Shown here piece after piece: positions 1 to 11,438 of a stretch of DNA of 64,000 bases. This DNA comes from Octopus bimaculoides. Lineage: Eukaryota. Made by a program: the position numbers and the translations under genes. Location: NCBI RefSeq assembly GCF_001194135.2, contig NC_068984.1, positions 24,325,671 through 24,389,670 of the forward strand, in the 5' to 3' direction. Position 1 is the first letter of the stretch; every line of letters starts with the position of its first letter. The notes under the pieces are model-generated. The model ran no database searches, was not told the DNA's origin, and saw only the letters and a list, made by a program, of their open reading frames with translations.

Positions 1-679
1 ATATATATATATAAATATATATATATATAAATGTGTGTGTGTGTGTGTGTGTGTGGAGTGAACTGACTGTGAGCTCTGTTTGATTCTTTGGATCCTATTT
101 CTCTGTGTGTGTATGTATGTATGTGCACGCCATAAGCTTTCACACAAATTCCACTCATAAGAAAACAATTGTCGAATCAGCTGCAGAGTGAAATGAAATC
201 AAGAACCATGTGGTTGCAAAGCAAACTCCTGAACTATACAACCTTCAATTTTTTAGACATTATTCATTGAATTGTAAATATTATCAGCTCCATTGCCATA
301 TATTCAACGACTAAACTAAACATGCTTTATTATTTGTTAGTCACAGTCTATTTATGAAATGATTATGGATTCATATCATTGGTTTCCAAGTAACCATTTT
401 TGAAATCTGTGATGTTCTGTACCTTCAACAAGTGTGTTCTCTGATAAATTGAGATAAAGTTTAGTTATGTTTGTTAGCTGGTTGTATTGGCAGAATCTGA
501 AATGTTACCAAGCAGTGCTGATAATATCAGCTAATAGCATCACATTTGGTATTATTTGATAACGGTACCCAGACATTCACTGACATTAGTGGTGTGACTA
601 TTATTGCTACTAGAAAATGTATACAACCTAGAATGTCTAAATGCCAGAGAGTAGAAGATTGCAGAAGATTAGAAGAATG

Positions 680-865
680 GGTAGAGCATCAGATAAAATA
701 CCTTATAGTATTTAGTTACAGCTTGTTATGTTCTGGGTTCAAATTCCATTGAGGTCAACTTTGGTTTTCATCCTCTGAATGTTGATAAGATAAAGTACTA
801 GACAAGTATTGATGCTAATTTAATCAATTGTACACCTCAAAAATAATGGTCATGTACCTATGAAA
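680..865 (+). mobile_element. Old tRNA-derived SINE (Meta-like core family), decayed
   Basis: Contains 'gttctgggttcaaattccattgaggtcaactttggttttcatcctctg...gataaagtacta', a diverged match to the better copies at 44188-44440 and 51751-51985; B-box-like GGTTCAAATTCC. Confidence 0.65.
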
Positions 866-977
866 TTAATTCTATTGTTAGTAGGTGGATTGGCAAAATC
901 ATTCAAGCAGAGTGGAAGATGAAATGCCATCCAGTTTGAATCATGCTTGAGTTGACATTGCCTGTCATCCTTCTGAA

Positions 978-1440
978 GTCATCATCATTGTCATTGAACA
1001 TCGATTTTCCATGCTGGCATGGGTTGGACAGTTTGACAGTAACTGGCAAGTCAGAAATCTGCACCAAACCTGCTGTCTGCATTGGCTGGATGCTCTTCTT
1101 AATGCCGACCACATTACAGGGTGTACTGGATACTTTTTATGTGGCACCAGCATCAATGAAGTTGCCAAGTATCTTGCAAAACAAGACCCCTCAACTGAAA
1201 GGAGTAGTACAGAGGGACAGAAAAAGGAGTCTTACATTAGAGGGGAAAACTTGGTTACCTCAGGTGGGGAGAGAGAGAGAGGAGAGAGAAGAAAGAGGAG
1301 AGAGAAGAAAGAGGAGAGAGAAGAAAGAGGAGAGAGAAGATGGATGTGAGAGAGGGTGAGTGGACCAGAGATTGGGGAGGGTGAGTGGGTGGGTGGGTTC
1401 ATAAGATTGTGAAAGGATAATGGTAAATGGGGAGGAGTAG
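978..1440 (-). mobile_element. Non-autonomous retroposon: pyrimidine-rich body with (CT)n tract plus RTE-type 3' tail
   Basis: The minus strand ends in 'ccaacccatgccagcatggaaaatcgatgttcaatgacaatgatgatgac'. The body ('aggagtcttacattagaggggaaaa', (GA)n, 'gggtgagtggaccagagatt') aligns by eye with 62383-62960. Confidence 0.7.
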
Positions 1441-1664
1441 ATAAAATAAGTAACAATCACATAGTGGTCAACATTATTGACAGTACCTCATCCAAGAAAA
1501 TAGTGTGATGATGTGCTTGTAGATAGTCAAGAATTTTCAATGCCACATAAATATCAGGTATGTAGAAATATTAGAATAGGTATGCTAATTCAAAAACTGT
1601 TACTAATTTAAGAAAATAACTAAATAAGTTAATTAGCTCTGGAATTGGATCTAGATGCAGGTTT

Positions 1665-1890
1665 GGCTGTGTGGGTAAGAAATTTGCTTAGCAACCATAT
1701 GATTTTGGGTTTAGTCTCAATGTGTGGTATCTTAGGTAAGTCTCTGTTATAGTCAGAGTTTAACCAATGCCTTGTGAGTGAGATTTGACAGACTGAAACT
1801 GTATAGAAACTTGATGTGTGTGTGTGTGTGTGTATGAGTGTGTGTACATAAGCACAAAAGTAAACACATGCATGAACACATGAACACACA
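1665..1890 (+). mobile_element. CORE-like tRNA SINE 5' half (OR2-like family) ending in (GT)n
   Basis: 'ggctgtgtgggtaagaaatttgcttagcaaccatatg...ggtttagtctca...ttaggtaagtc...gccttgtgagtgagatttg...gactgaaactg' matches the head of 23925-24288. Confidence 0.7.
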
Positions 1891-2642
1891 GATACACATA
1901 TGCACATGCAATTGAGGGTGGATTGGTGGTACAGTAAAAATGTTAATCTAGCTTTTTTTTAGGCTCTAAGTTCAAATCTAACCGTGACTCACAAAGGAAG
2001 TAGACTTCATCCATTGCCCAATTTAACATCATCATCTGGTACCTTGGCACCTATCTATTCTGTTGCAAGCATTCAGACAAGGTTTGCATATACTTCTCTC
2101 CTTCTGTCTCACCATCCAACCTTCCAAACCAATCATGGAGGCCCAGTAAATGGTTATGGATGATGCTTTCCTTCATGATTAAAAGACACAAAAAACAAAT
2201 CATACTTCAGATACTATATGTTCAAGGGACAGCAATAAATATCAAACTCTTCTAGGATAAGAGCAGGTAAGCACAGAATAAGTAGGAAAAAATAAGCTAA
2301 GAAACTATTGATGAAATACCAAAGTGACTGATAAGTGGTTTGTTGTGGAGATGAAACTTTCTGATACAAGGATTGACTAATAGTGTAACATAGTGTTGGG
2401 GTTGATATATGAGAAACAAACACTGAAAACCTACAGATATTGAAGAGAACTGAGTAGAGTGAGGTTAGTTGGATGTGTAATGTGATAGGTTGGGTGAAAA
2501 TAAGTTGGAAAAGCAAAGAATTGTTAAAGAAGCATGTTAATTTATGTAGCAAGAGTGATTGCATGGAAATAAGCATATCAAATGAATATATGATGCATAT
2601 TAGGTGAAAAGCTACTGCAGATTTGTAGTAAAAAAACAATAT

Positions 2643-3466
2643 TCATCATCATCATCATCATCATCGTCATTTAACGTCCGCTTTCCATGCTAGCATGGGT
2701 TGGACGATTTGACTGAGGACTGGTGAAACCGGATGGCAACACCAGGCTCCAATCTAATTTGGCAGAGTTTCTACAGCTGGATGCCCTTCCTAACGCCAAC
2801 CACTCAGAGAGTGTAGTGGGTGCTTTTACGTGTCACCCGCACGAAAATGGCCACGCTCGAAATGGTNNNNNNNNNNNNNNNNNNNNNNNNNNNNNNNNNN
2901 NNNNNNNNNNNNNNNNNNNNNNNNNNNNNNNNNNNNNNNNNNNNNNNNNNNNNNNNNNNNNNNNNNNNNNNNNNNNNNNNNNNNNNNNNNNNNNNNNNNN
3001 NNNNNNNNNNNNNNNNNNNNNNNNNNNNNNNNNNNNNNNNNNNNNNNNNNNNNNNNNNNNNNNNNNNNNNNNNNNNNNNNNNNNNNNNNNNNNNNNNNNN
3101 NNNNNNNNNNNNNNNNNNNNNNNNNNNNNNNNNNNNNNNNNNNNNNNNNNNNNNNNNNNNNNNNNNNNNNNTCTCACGCACAGCACATTTCCAAAGGTCT
3201 CGGTCAGTAGTCATCGCCTCGGTGAGGCCCAATGTACGAAGGTCTTGCCTCACCACCTCAGCCCAGGTCTTCCACGGGTTCCCTCAACTGTTAGGGTGTG
3301 GCACTTTTTCACGCAGCTATCCTCATCCATTCTCACCACATGTCCATACCAGCGCAATCATCTCTCTTGCACACCACAACTGATGCTTCTAATGTTCAGC
3401 TTTTCTCTCAAGATACTTACACTCTGACGGGTATTCACATTGACATTACACATACAACGGAGCATA
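2643..3466 (-). mobile_element. 5'-truncated RTE-clade LINE (ORF C-terminus, N-gap, 3' UTR, (GAT)n tail)
   Basis: Minus-strand translation of 3466-3172: MLRCMCNVNVNTRQSVSILREKLNIRSISCGVQER*LRWYGHVVRMDEDSCVKKCHTLTVEGTRGR / frameshift / VVRQDLRTLGLTEAMTTDRDLWKCAVRE, a typical RTE C-terminus. 3' UTR and tail at 2866-2643. Confidence 0.9.
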
Positions 3467-4159
3467 ACCATATTGGGTGAGAAAAACAATATTGGACCTT
3501 AGAAGTTTGAACTTCATAGACAAAATGAAAACAGACTGCAAAACTTGGAAAGATACTTTTACACCTATCGAACACATGTTAACAATGGTGGTGGTACTAA
3601 TGTTTGCGACAATAACAATAACAACCAGTTTAAAAGAATAAAGGGTAAAAAAAAACAAAAAACGGAAAATGAGGAAGAACAAAGATAACTTGGCATAAGT
3701 TCATATTAACACAATATGACTGTTGGTTCAATTTTAGTTCTTTTGTACCAAACTAGTACAGTGTTATGTCATTGGAAATGATAGTACGGATAAAACAATC
3801 ACTGAACAAAGTCTGCTTGGCTGGATGGATAAAAATTGCAAAAGAAGTAGAGGCATTTTAATAATCTATAATAATGCAAGTATATTATTTCATCAATACA
3901 GAAATATCAATTATTAACATTACAGTAGCTGAGTGCAATAGAGTAGAAAGTAAGCTTGTAACAATCCGAGTTTACAATTAAATTTTCATTCCTAGTTGTA
4001 ACTATTCCACTATTCCCTTTACTTAATCTTTTATGTCTATGAGAAAAGCATGACTGCACAAGTTCTATTTCCTTCCTACTTAAGCTTCATGCTTACTAGA
4101 AGACAGCAATACACTAAATAAAGAGGAAGGATAAAAGAAACATCTTTTTTTCAACAGTT

Positions 4160-4445
4160 AAGTCTGAGAAAAAGGAATAGTGAGTACTCTGGCAGACAAA
4201 CTCAAAATTTCTCACCAGCTAAAGAAAACCAAATATCAAGACATGGTCAACAAGGTCATTATCAAGGGATGGGATGCAGCCTCATACACTATTGAAGTCA
4301 GCTGTCAAAGCTTTCCACCTAGATGGTTCACTATTTCCAGTAGAAGATTGGTCTGAAGCCCAAACAACTGAAGAAAGCCACCAAGGAGATAAGCATGGCA
4401 GCTGAAACCAGTTGAAGGTAGTTGTGGCTGACAAGAGATCATAAG
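4160..4445 (+). mobile_element. Relic of an R2-superfamily (Hero-like) non-LTR element, REL endonuclease C-terminus
   Basis: LKKTKYQDMVNKVIIKGWDAASYTIEVSCQSF / frameshift / IGLKPKQLKKATKEISMAAETS*R*LWLTR matches the pattern K..KY..L......GW......VEVGCRGF...AAE.AS.WLW..R that I know from Hero-clade elements. It carries stops and a frameshift. Confidence 0.65.
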
Positions 4446-4861
4446 GGGGAACCCTTCCATAGGCAATGACTAATTCAGTCCTCACTGCCCCATTCAGATG
4501 AAGTGTATTAGCTAAGGGGCAAAACACTTGAGATTCCAGAACAGCTGCTGATGATACATTGCAATGGATTCAGAAAAAAATGCAATACCTTTGAGTAACT
4601 CCTGCAGTTTCTGCATGGGGAAATGTTTATTCTACCTTCATCCTCTGTCAGGTTGATATGCATAGAAAGTGTGCCAAGCAGGAAAGGGTTTCAAAGGATT
4701 GCTGTTTGGGGATAAAAGTTTTGAGTGATGTGTTTGGTGCAAATTTTGAGAGAAAGATACAGAAGGACTTACAAGAGAAAGAAAGAGAGATGGATGAATC
4801 AGGTGACACTGGAACTGATGCACAATGTTAGAATTAATAGCATGAAGATACACCATATTGG

Positions 4862-5165
4862 TTTTTATCTTTTATTTGTCTCAGTCAATGAACTGCAGCC
4901 ATGCTGGGGGAAAACATATCAACTCCAGTACTATTTTTTGCTGAACTGCTAAGTTACAGGGACATAAACAAACTGGTTGTTGGAGTTATCAAAGAGTGAT
5001 GTGGAACAAACACAAACATATGCATAGATGTGTCTTCCAAATTCACTCACAAAGCATTTTCAGCCCAGAACTTTAGTAGAAGATTCTTGCCCAAAGTGCC
5101 ACACAGTGGAACTGAACCTAAAACCAAGTAGTTGCAAAGCAAGCTTCTTAACCACACAACTATCC
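4862..5165 (-). mobile_element. CORE-like tRNA SINE (OR2-like), old
   Basis: Reverse-strand tail 'ttttatcttttatttgtctcagtcaatgaactgcagccatgctgggg' and head 'gcccaaagtgccacacagtggaactgaacc...cttcttaaccacac'. Confidence 0.7.
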
Positions 5166-5339
5166 TGTGTATGTTATTTAATTTTTTTTGTTTAATTTTT
5201 ATTTAAATACTTTCAATGGTCAGTCAAAGGTGGATCCCCCATGGCTGGTCAACTTTAGACTGAAGATATGACCCAGATGCTTGTAATAGAATGGATTTCA
5301 CTAAAGGTGCAAATCGGTCAAGATGTAATGTGTTTTGTG

Positions 5340-5560
5340 AAGGTAGCAGAGGAGCAGAATCATTAGTGCATTGGGCAAAATGTTTAGCAGCATTTTTTCC
5401 AGTACTTTATATTCAGAGTTCAATCTTACCAAGATCAACTTTTCCTTTTATTCCTTCAGGGTCAATAAAATAAAGAACCAGTCAAGTACTGGGGTTGATG
5501 TAATCAACTTGCCCCACCCCTCAAAATTTCTGGCCTTGTACCTTGCAACAGACTGATATC
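5340..5560 (+). mobile_element. tRNA SINE (Meta-like core family)
   Basis: 'gcagaatcattagtgcattgggcaaaatgtttagc...gagttcaatcttaccaagatcaacttttccttttattccttcagggtcaataaaataaagaaccagtc...tactggggttgat'. Confidence 0.75.
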
Positions 5561-6182
5561 CTTTCAGGTGGGGTTTTGTGATCTCAATCACTTATATGCC
5601 ATAGACACTAGGTAACTGGTTGTATGAGTCTTAGAGCTCAAGAAGAAAAGTGTGACTGTGAGAAAAGTTTTACTAATCAGTTGGATGGCAAATTTATTCA
5701 GAACGTTGTGTGGCTGCAGCAGCCAATTTGTCCAACAATATGTGAGAAGTACTTCCCTCTCTCTTTAAAGAACATTTTAACAAGCCATTTCACACCAAAA
5801 TAATCTCGAAGGAGACAGGAAACATCTTGTGTTCACTTAAGCTTGAGTAGAGTTTCATAGCAGGTCAAGCTAACATTGGTGCCAGTATTTAGATTGCAAG
5901 GTTAACAGCTGATTAAAGACCATTTTTTTAATTGTGCTTCTGACAACTTAATGATCCACTTCAATTAAAAGTAACCAGGTCATTGCTATTATTGTTTCTA
6001 TTATTTAACACTGGATCAACCCTAATCAAGCAAACCTGTGATCAAAAGCATTCTAGCCATAACCATCTTATTTTATTTTTTCAAACTAATTAACCAGTGT
6101 GTCCTTTCTTTGTTAAAATGATAGGATGCAATTTGGGTAAAATTTGGTTGCTATTTTTAGTAGATCAAATGACTGTGTAGAC

Positions 6183-6432
6183 TGGTGGTTCTCAACCAGA
6201 GTCGTTATGACCCTTATGGGCCTGTACAAGATTTTTTTTGTTAAGGTTTATGTGCAATAAATTGGCTACACTTCTACATTGCACAAAATATCTTAACAAT
6301 ATTTTTTAATACAATTCCTAATAATATTTAATTACAAAAATATAATATGATTTTTTAAACATCAAATGGCTATGAGGGTTCACCCAAATAAAATAGGAAC
6401 CAAAGGAGCAAAAAACTGGTTGAGAACCACTT
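6183..6432. mobile_element. hAT (Charlie-type) MITE, 250 bp
   Basis: TIRs (t)ggtggttctcaaccag ... ctggttgagaaccact(t). The 8-bp TSD is GTGTAGAC (6175-6182) / GTGTAGGC (6433-6440), close to the NTCTAGAN Charlie target. No ORF. Confidence 0.85.
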
Positions 6433-6920
6433 GTGTAGGCCTTCCTTCATGGCTCAAGAGAGATAAGTCACTGATATAAAAAAAGCTATTAGGTGAAACT
6501 GAAAATGGACAACACCAACCAAATAAGCAAACCTTCAATCATCAACGTACTCCAACTAAGCCTTTTCCTATACAGCATCCACCTTGTTTCTTCCATCAAC
6601 ACAGCAAGAGTCTGGTCCTCTTAACTTGCCAAATTTATCACAATGAATCCACTCATCACCACTTTTACCCCTACTATATATTCCCTGCCATTTGGTCCTC
6701 ATGCTAAACACTTTTCCAAATCTTTATATCACACAACTATATCATTCTAAAGTTATACAGATGTCCATACTTTCCTCCTACAAACATAAGTTCAAAATAA
6801 ACATCACCCATAAAGTTGGTGCTCCAGAATGGCTAAGGCAAATTTAAGACAATATCAGGTTTATCAGACTGGCAGTGAAGAAAATCTTCAAAGACTACTG
6901 GAATAAAGTAATATAATTTG

Positions 6921-7050
6921 TGCGATGCCATTATTATTCTAATATTATTGCATGCTTGCATGTGACTGAGTTTATTTAAGGCAGCTACTAGTTTGATATA
7001 ACAGTTTGACCAATCAGTTAAATAAAACTTTTGATCATAAAGTTGAAACA
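6921..7050 (+). repeat. 5' LTR of the Gypsy relic
   Basis: TG..CA bounded; a diverged direct repeat of 11299-11438 (shared 'ctaatattattgcatgct', 'taagg..gctactagtt', 'taacag', 'cataaag'). Confidence 0.75.
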
Positions 7051-7498
7051 TTGAATCATAGTAGTGTAAGATTTTGACTAAACCAAAAGAAATTGATAGT
7101 TACTAAAAGGGTCATATTCTTATCACAACATCAAAAGTTAAATAAATCTAGTCAAGGTTATTCTACAAGATTATGAAAGCCAGCTTGTCAGAGAATTTCA
7201 TGAAATTTGATGGAACTGAAGGACAGAGTGCAGATGATATGGTTCATGTAAGACTCTTAGATGACATGCTAACATCTGAACATCAGGCAAAAGTATTAGA
7301 ATATCATCGATCAGGTGATCTGCAGCTTAATGTATGCAGTGAATGCATCCAATGGCTTAAAATGAAAGTAATTAAGAATGATCTTGATATATCTGAGTCA
7401 CATGCTAACAAGAATAAATCTGATTATAAATGCCTCTTATGCGTGGGTATAAGCATGCACCATCAAAATGTTCTCTATTTGGTAAAAACTTATATTAA

Positions 7499-7716
7499 CC
7501 CTTTTCATATTGACATGCTTCATACTGCTTCTGTCTAGTTCTATGCCACAAACTTCCAATTTAAATTCATCAAATTTAAACCTTCCAATAACATTTCATA
7601 TTAATCTATGTTTTGAACACCAGCTTAATTATGATTAAGTTATTTCATGAAATTTTCTAGTATTTTCAAAACTGACTGAACAAAATATCATATTTTAACA
7701 GAAATATGGAAAAGAG
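7499..7716. mobile_element. TTAA-type (piggyBac-like) MITE nested in Gypsy gag
   Basis: Left end TTAA|cccttttcatatt; right end aatatggaaaagag is an imperfect inverse. It interrupts the gag-like ORF. Confidence 0.4.
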
Positions 7717-9336
7717 TGGAGGAAATTTATAAAGAAGATTCTACAAGTATTTATGAAATTGTTCTGAAAAACACCACAATAGTCAATGAGTAAGTCAACT
7801 TGTTAAAGTTAATGTTAAAATGCAAAATGACATTGGCAGTCAGATAAATGTTATATCTCAGAACATGTGGATGGATTTGAATAAAGTAATTAACCAATCT
7901 GAAGAGAGAGTAAAATCTGAGACTGATGGCTCAGTCATGGAAATTTTGATAAAATTTGATGTATTAATGGAAATTGAAAAGAGAGTAGAGGTTATGAATT
8001 TGTAAATGTTATGATTTCTGTGTACGAAAAGAAGAAATTCATGGCTTACTTGGTTGGTTTGTTATAAATTTGTGTGATTGAAACTCCTGGACAAGTTTAG
8101 AAATTAAGATGTTGTAAGGCTTTACAAAGGAATGCTACTTTGAGGTAAGCCTAATATCAGTACACATTAAACCATTAGCCACAGTAAAGCTGAGGAAACT
8201 AATTAACAAAGGTCTTTTGCATGAAGTATCTTCCAGAGTGTCTCCTTTAGTGATTGTGCAAAGGCGGATAGAGATCTCAAAGTACATGAAGACTACAAAG
8301 TAGATATTCAGATTTTTATCCAAATCCAAAAAGTGAATCAATATTTCCTTCTCTTTCTGGCATGATATTTTGCTAAATTAGATTTACAAGGGACATATTT
8401 TCAATGTTCTGAAGCAAAAGAAGTTACAATAACAAATACACTCATGAGCCTTTTAGGATGGATATGTATTCAATACAAAATTAACAGAGCCACCAATATG
8501 TCTCGGACAGAAAATGAACATGCTGTAGGAAACGATACTCATAATACTTTCAAGATAATATGTACTGGTGATAAAACTGCTAAAAATGCACACATCCACA
8601 TTCGTAAGATCATAAAAAAGATTACAATTATCAAACATAATGAAAAATAGAATTAAATCTGTATTGGAGACTGATGACTTGTCTTTTAGTGGTACAGACT
8701 GACAAAGGTGTGTATGCCACTCACAGGATCATTGTTTAGTAGTAAGAATTATGGATGTGAAACCATGAAAGGATAAAACGAATTTAGAATCTTTTCTTGG
8801 ACTTGTTAATTTCTATGAAAGATTTATTGATCATTCTTCAGATCATATATCATATCAGTGTTTGGATCATTTCATAAATCTGATGTCCCATTTGCAGGAG
8901 GAGTTCAATAACAAATGGCATTTGAACATATAAAGCTGATACTAGTATCAAAGCCAATGGTCCAGATTTATGATGTCATAAAAGAAGTGATGCAAATGAA
9001 AAGACCCTATCAGAAATACTCTCACAAGACACTCATAGCCTACCATATTTGTCAACAGCATTTACCATAGCAGAAACAAGATACTCCAATATCAAAAGCG
9101 AAACATGGTAATTGCATGGTGCATTGAAAGAGTACAACATTTTCTGTTTGGTTGAAACATTTAAATTGGCCTTAAATTTTAGGCCATAGGAAATTATTTT
9201 TGGTAAAAAAATTGTCATTTACTCAAAATAACATATTTAAGGCCCATTTTAAAATGGGCCTTATATATAACAACATTTGACTGTGAAATTACTATATGTA
9301 AAAAGATTTCATATACTTATATGTTGATGCATTATT

Positions 9337-9620
9337 CATCATCATCATCATCATCATCGTTTAATGTCCACTTTCCATGCTAGCATGGGTTGGACGATTT
9401 AACTGAGGACTGGCGAACCAGATGGCTATGCCAGGTTCCAATCTGATTTGGCAGAGTTTCTACAGCTAGATGCCCTTCCTAACGCCAACCACTCCGAGAG
9501 TGTAGTGAGTGCTTTTACGTGCCACCGGCACGAAGGCCAGTCAAGCGGTACTGGCAACGGCCACGCTCAAAATGGTGTATTTTATGTGCCACCTGCACAG
9601 GAACCAGTCCGGTACTGATG
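9337..9620 (-). mobile_element. RTE-type 3' UTR/tail copy inserted in Gypsy pol
   Basis: (CAT)n followed by 'cgtttaatgtccactttccatgctagcatgggttggacg...gtgccaccggcacgaaggccagtc'. It starts exactly where Gypsy homology (YVDAL) stops. Confidence 0.9.
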
Positions 9621-9659
9621 ATAAGAATTTATTAATGATGCTGGTTTCTGCACACACAG

Positions 9660-10315
9660 ATTAGAGTCTCATTCCTCTTCACTCATGCATTAGGCCTCCT
9701 TCTTCTCACCTCACCACCACTGGCTCCTGCAGACTACCAAACCATACCATCCCTCTCTCTCTACTCCTGCTACATCCCTCTCTCTCTACACCTGCTACAT
9801 TCCTCCCACTTTTTCCTGCATCCCTCTATCTCCCCCAACTCATAGCTCTTCGCTCATCCACCCTTCTACCCTACCCATTCTCACAATCTGCCCCACCATC
9901 CCCATATTCTCCATCCCATACAACCAAGCATACCAATTCTTCAAACTCGTGTTGTGCCTTGTGGAGCCACCTAGACACCTTATTGCCATTATCTGTCTCT
10001 TGCAGCCCCTAACAGTTCATTTTCTCTCCCTCCCACTTTCTCAGCTAGATGAGTAACCATGCAGATTCTCAATAAGAACCTGCTGTGTCTCACCTTCAAT
10101 CCCCTTGTCCACTCACATAAAGCCGAGACCCTCAGTAGTGCAGGTGCTATGATAAAAGCACCAAGTCCATATTGTAAAGAGGTTGGCATTAGAAAGGGCA
10201 TCTGGCATTAGAAACCATGCCAAAACAGTCACTGGAGCATGATGTAGTCCTTGGACATGTCAGATCCTATCAAACCATCCAATTCATGCCAGCATGGGAC
10301 ATAAACATGAAATGG

Positions 10316-10376
<61 letters not shown>
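9660..10376 (+). mobile_element. Retroposon fragment: CT-rich body, older RTE-type tail, long (GAT)n
   Basis: 'ggttggcattagaaagggcatc...aaaccatgccaaa...catgccagcatggga...' followed by about 19 GAT units (10318-10376). Confidence 0.7.
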
Positions 10377-10377
<1 letters not shown>

Positions 10378-11298
10378 GGATGAGTGTAATTTTGGTGGTG
10401 ATGATTCTTTTATACATCTTGTAGAAACTGATATTATAAAACATGATGATATAAAGTTGGAAGCTGTCAGTGATAATATTTTATCTGGTATATTAAAAAG
10501 GATTTTTAATAATAATTGGACCAATTGTTCTGTTGCTTAAAGACCATTTAAGTCATAGAAAAACAGATTAACAGATGAGAACCCTTGTGTAATGGAGAAT
10601 CAATTGTTCTTTATTTCAGAACATTAATGAACATGATAAAAAAAAAAAAACTGTTACATGGTGATGTTCCATGTAATTCAATGGCAACAAGGAATCAGTT
10701 GAAATGAAAAATCTGGTGGCTAGGCTACTGCGAAGATTTGGAGTGGTATATAAGATGCCTGATATGATAGAATAAAACATGGATTAGTTCATACAGATCA
10801 CATATGGCCTAAAGAAATTAAAGCATGGTTATGTGTGCTTATGCATCATTAAATCAAGAATTATGGATTGTTCTTAGCACATTGAACCTAACAGTGGGTA
10901 ACCGGAAGCAATAAAAGTTCAGAAGAAAGAAATGGAAACAGTTATGATGATAAAGATGATGATGATGACGTTGACAACGATGATGATGCCGATAATGATG
11001 ATGATGACGACAATGATGTCGATAATGATAATGACAACGACAATGATGATGATATTAACAATGACGATGATATAAGTGATGAGTGAGGAAGATATATACT
11101 AACTGAAAATAAACATAGATACAATATCTATGGTAGTTAACAAAATACAGAATCAGTCCTTTAAGGTTTCAGTGACATTCCAGACTCTATTAATAATTAA
11201 GATTGTGATTTCACAACTGAAACAGGAACAAACATTACAAATGATCACAGACACATCTCAAATAATGAAATGAACTAAACCAATTCAATTCTGGGAGA

Positions 11299-11438
11299 TG
11301 TGATGTCATTGTTATGCTAATATTATTGCATGCTTTTTGCATGCTGGCACATGATTGAGTCTGTTTTAAGGTGGCTACTAGTTCAGTGTAACAGCTTGGC
11401 CTGTCAGTTGAATGAAACTTCCAAACATAAAGGGATCA
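11299..11438 (+). repeat. 3' LTR of the Gypsy relic
   Basis: Starts with TG directly after the purine tract GGGAGA (PPT-like); repeat of 6921-7050. Confidence 0.75.

Larger units (their letters stand above)
6921..11438 (+). mobile_element. Degenerate Ty3/Gypsy LTR retrotransposon with nested insertions
   Basis: Motifs appear in Gypsy order: gag-like ORF 7173-7490; protease QNDIGSQINVIS (~7823); RT YFAKLDLQGTYFQ (8366); LESFLGLVNFYERF (8784); DVPF..AFEHIKLILVSKPMVQIYD; RNase H DANEKTLSEILSQ..YLS..TIAETRYSNI (8989); ILKWALYITTFDCEI (~9250); integrase HGDVPC..ATRNQLK*KIWWLGYCEDLEWYIRC and HIWPKEIKAW (10650-10830). Many stops and frameshifts. Confidence 0.88.

Noticed and set aside
10892-11086. 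Asp-rich open frame (SYDDKDDDDDVDNDDD...), reminiscent of acidic biomineral proteins
   Set aside because: There is no start codon or convincing acceptor, it lies inside the Gypsy integrase remnant, and it is explained by a decayed (GAT)n expansion.
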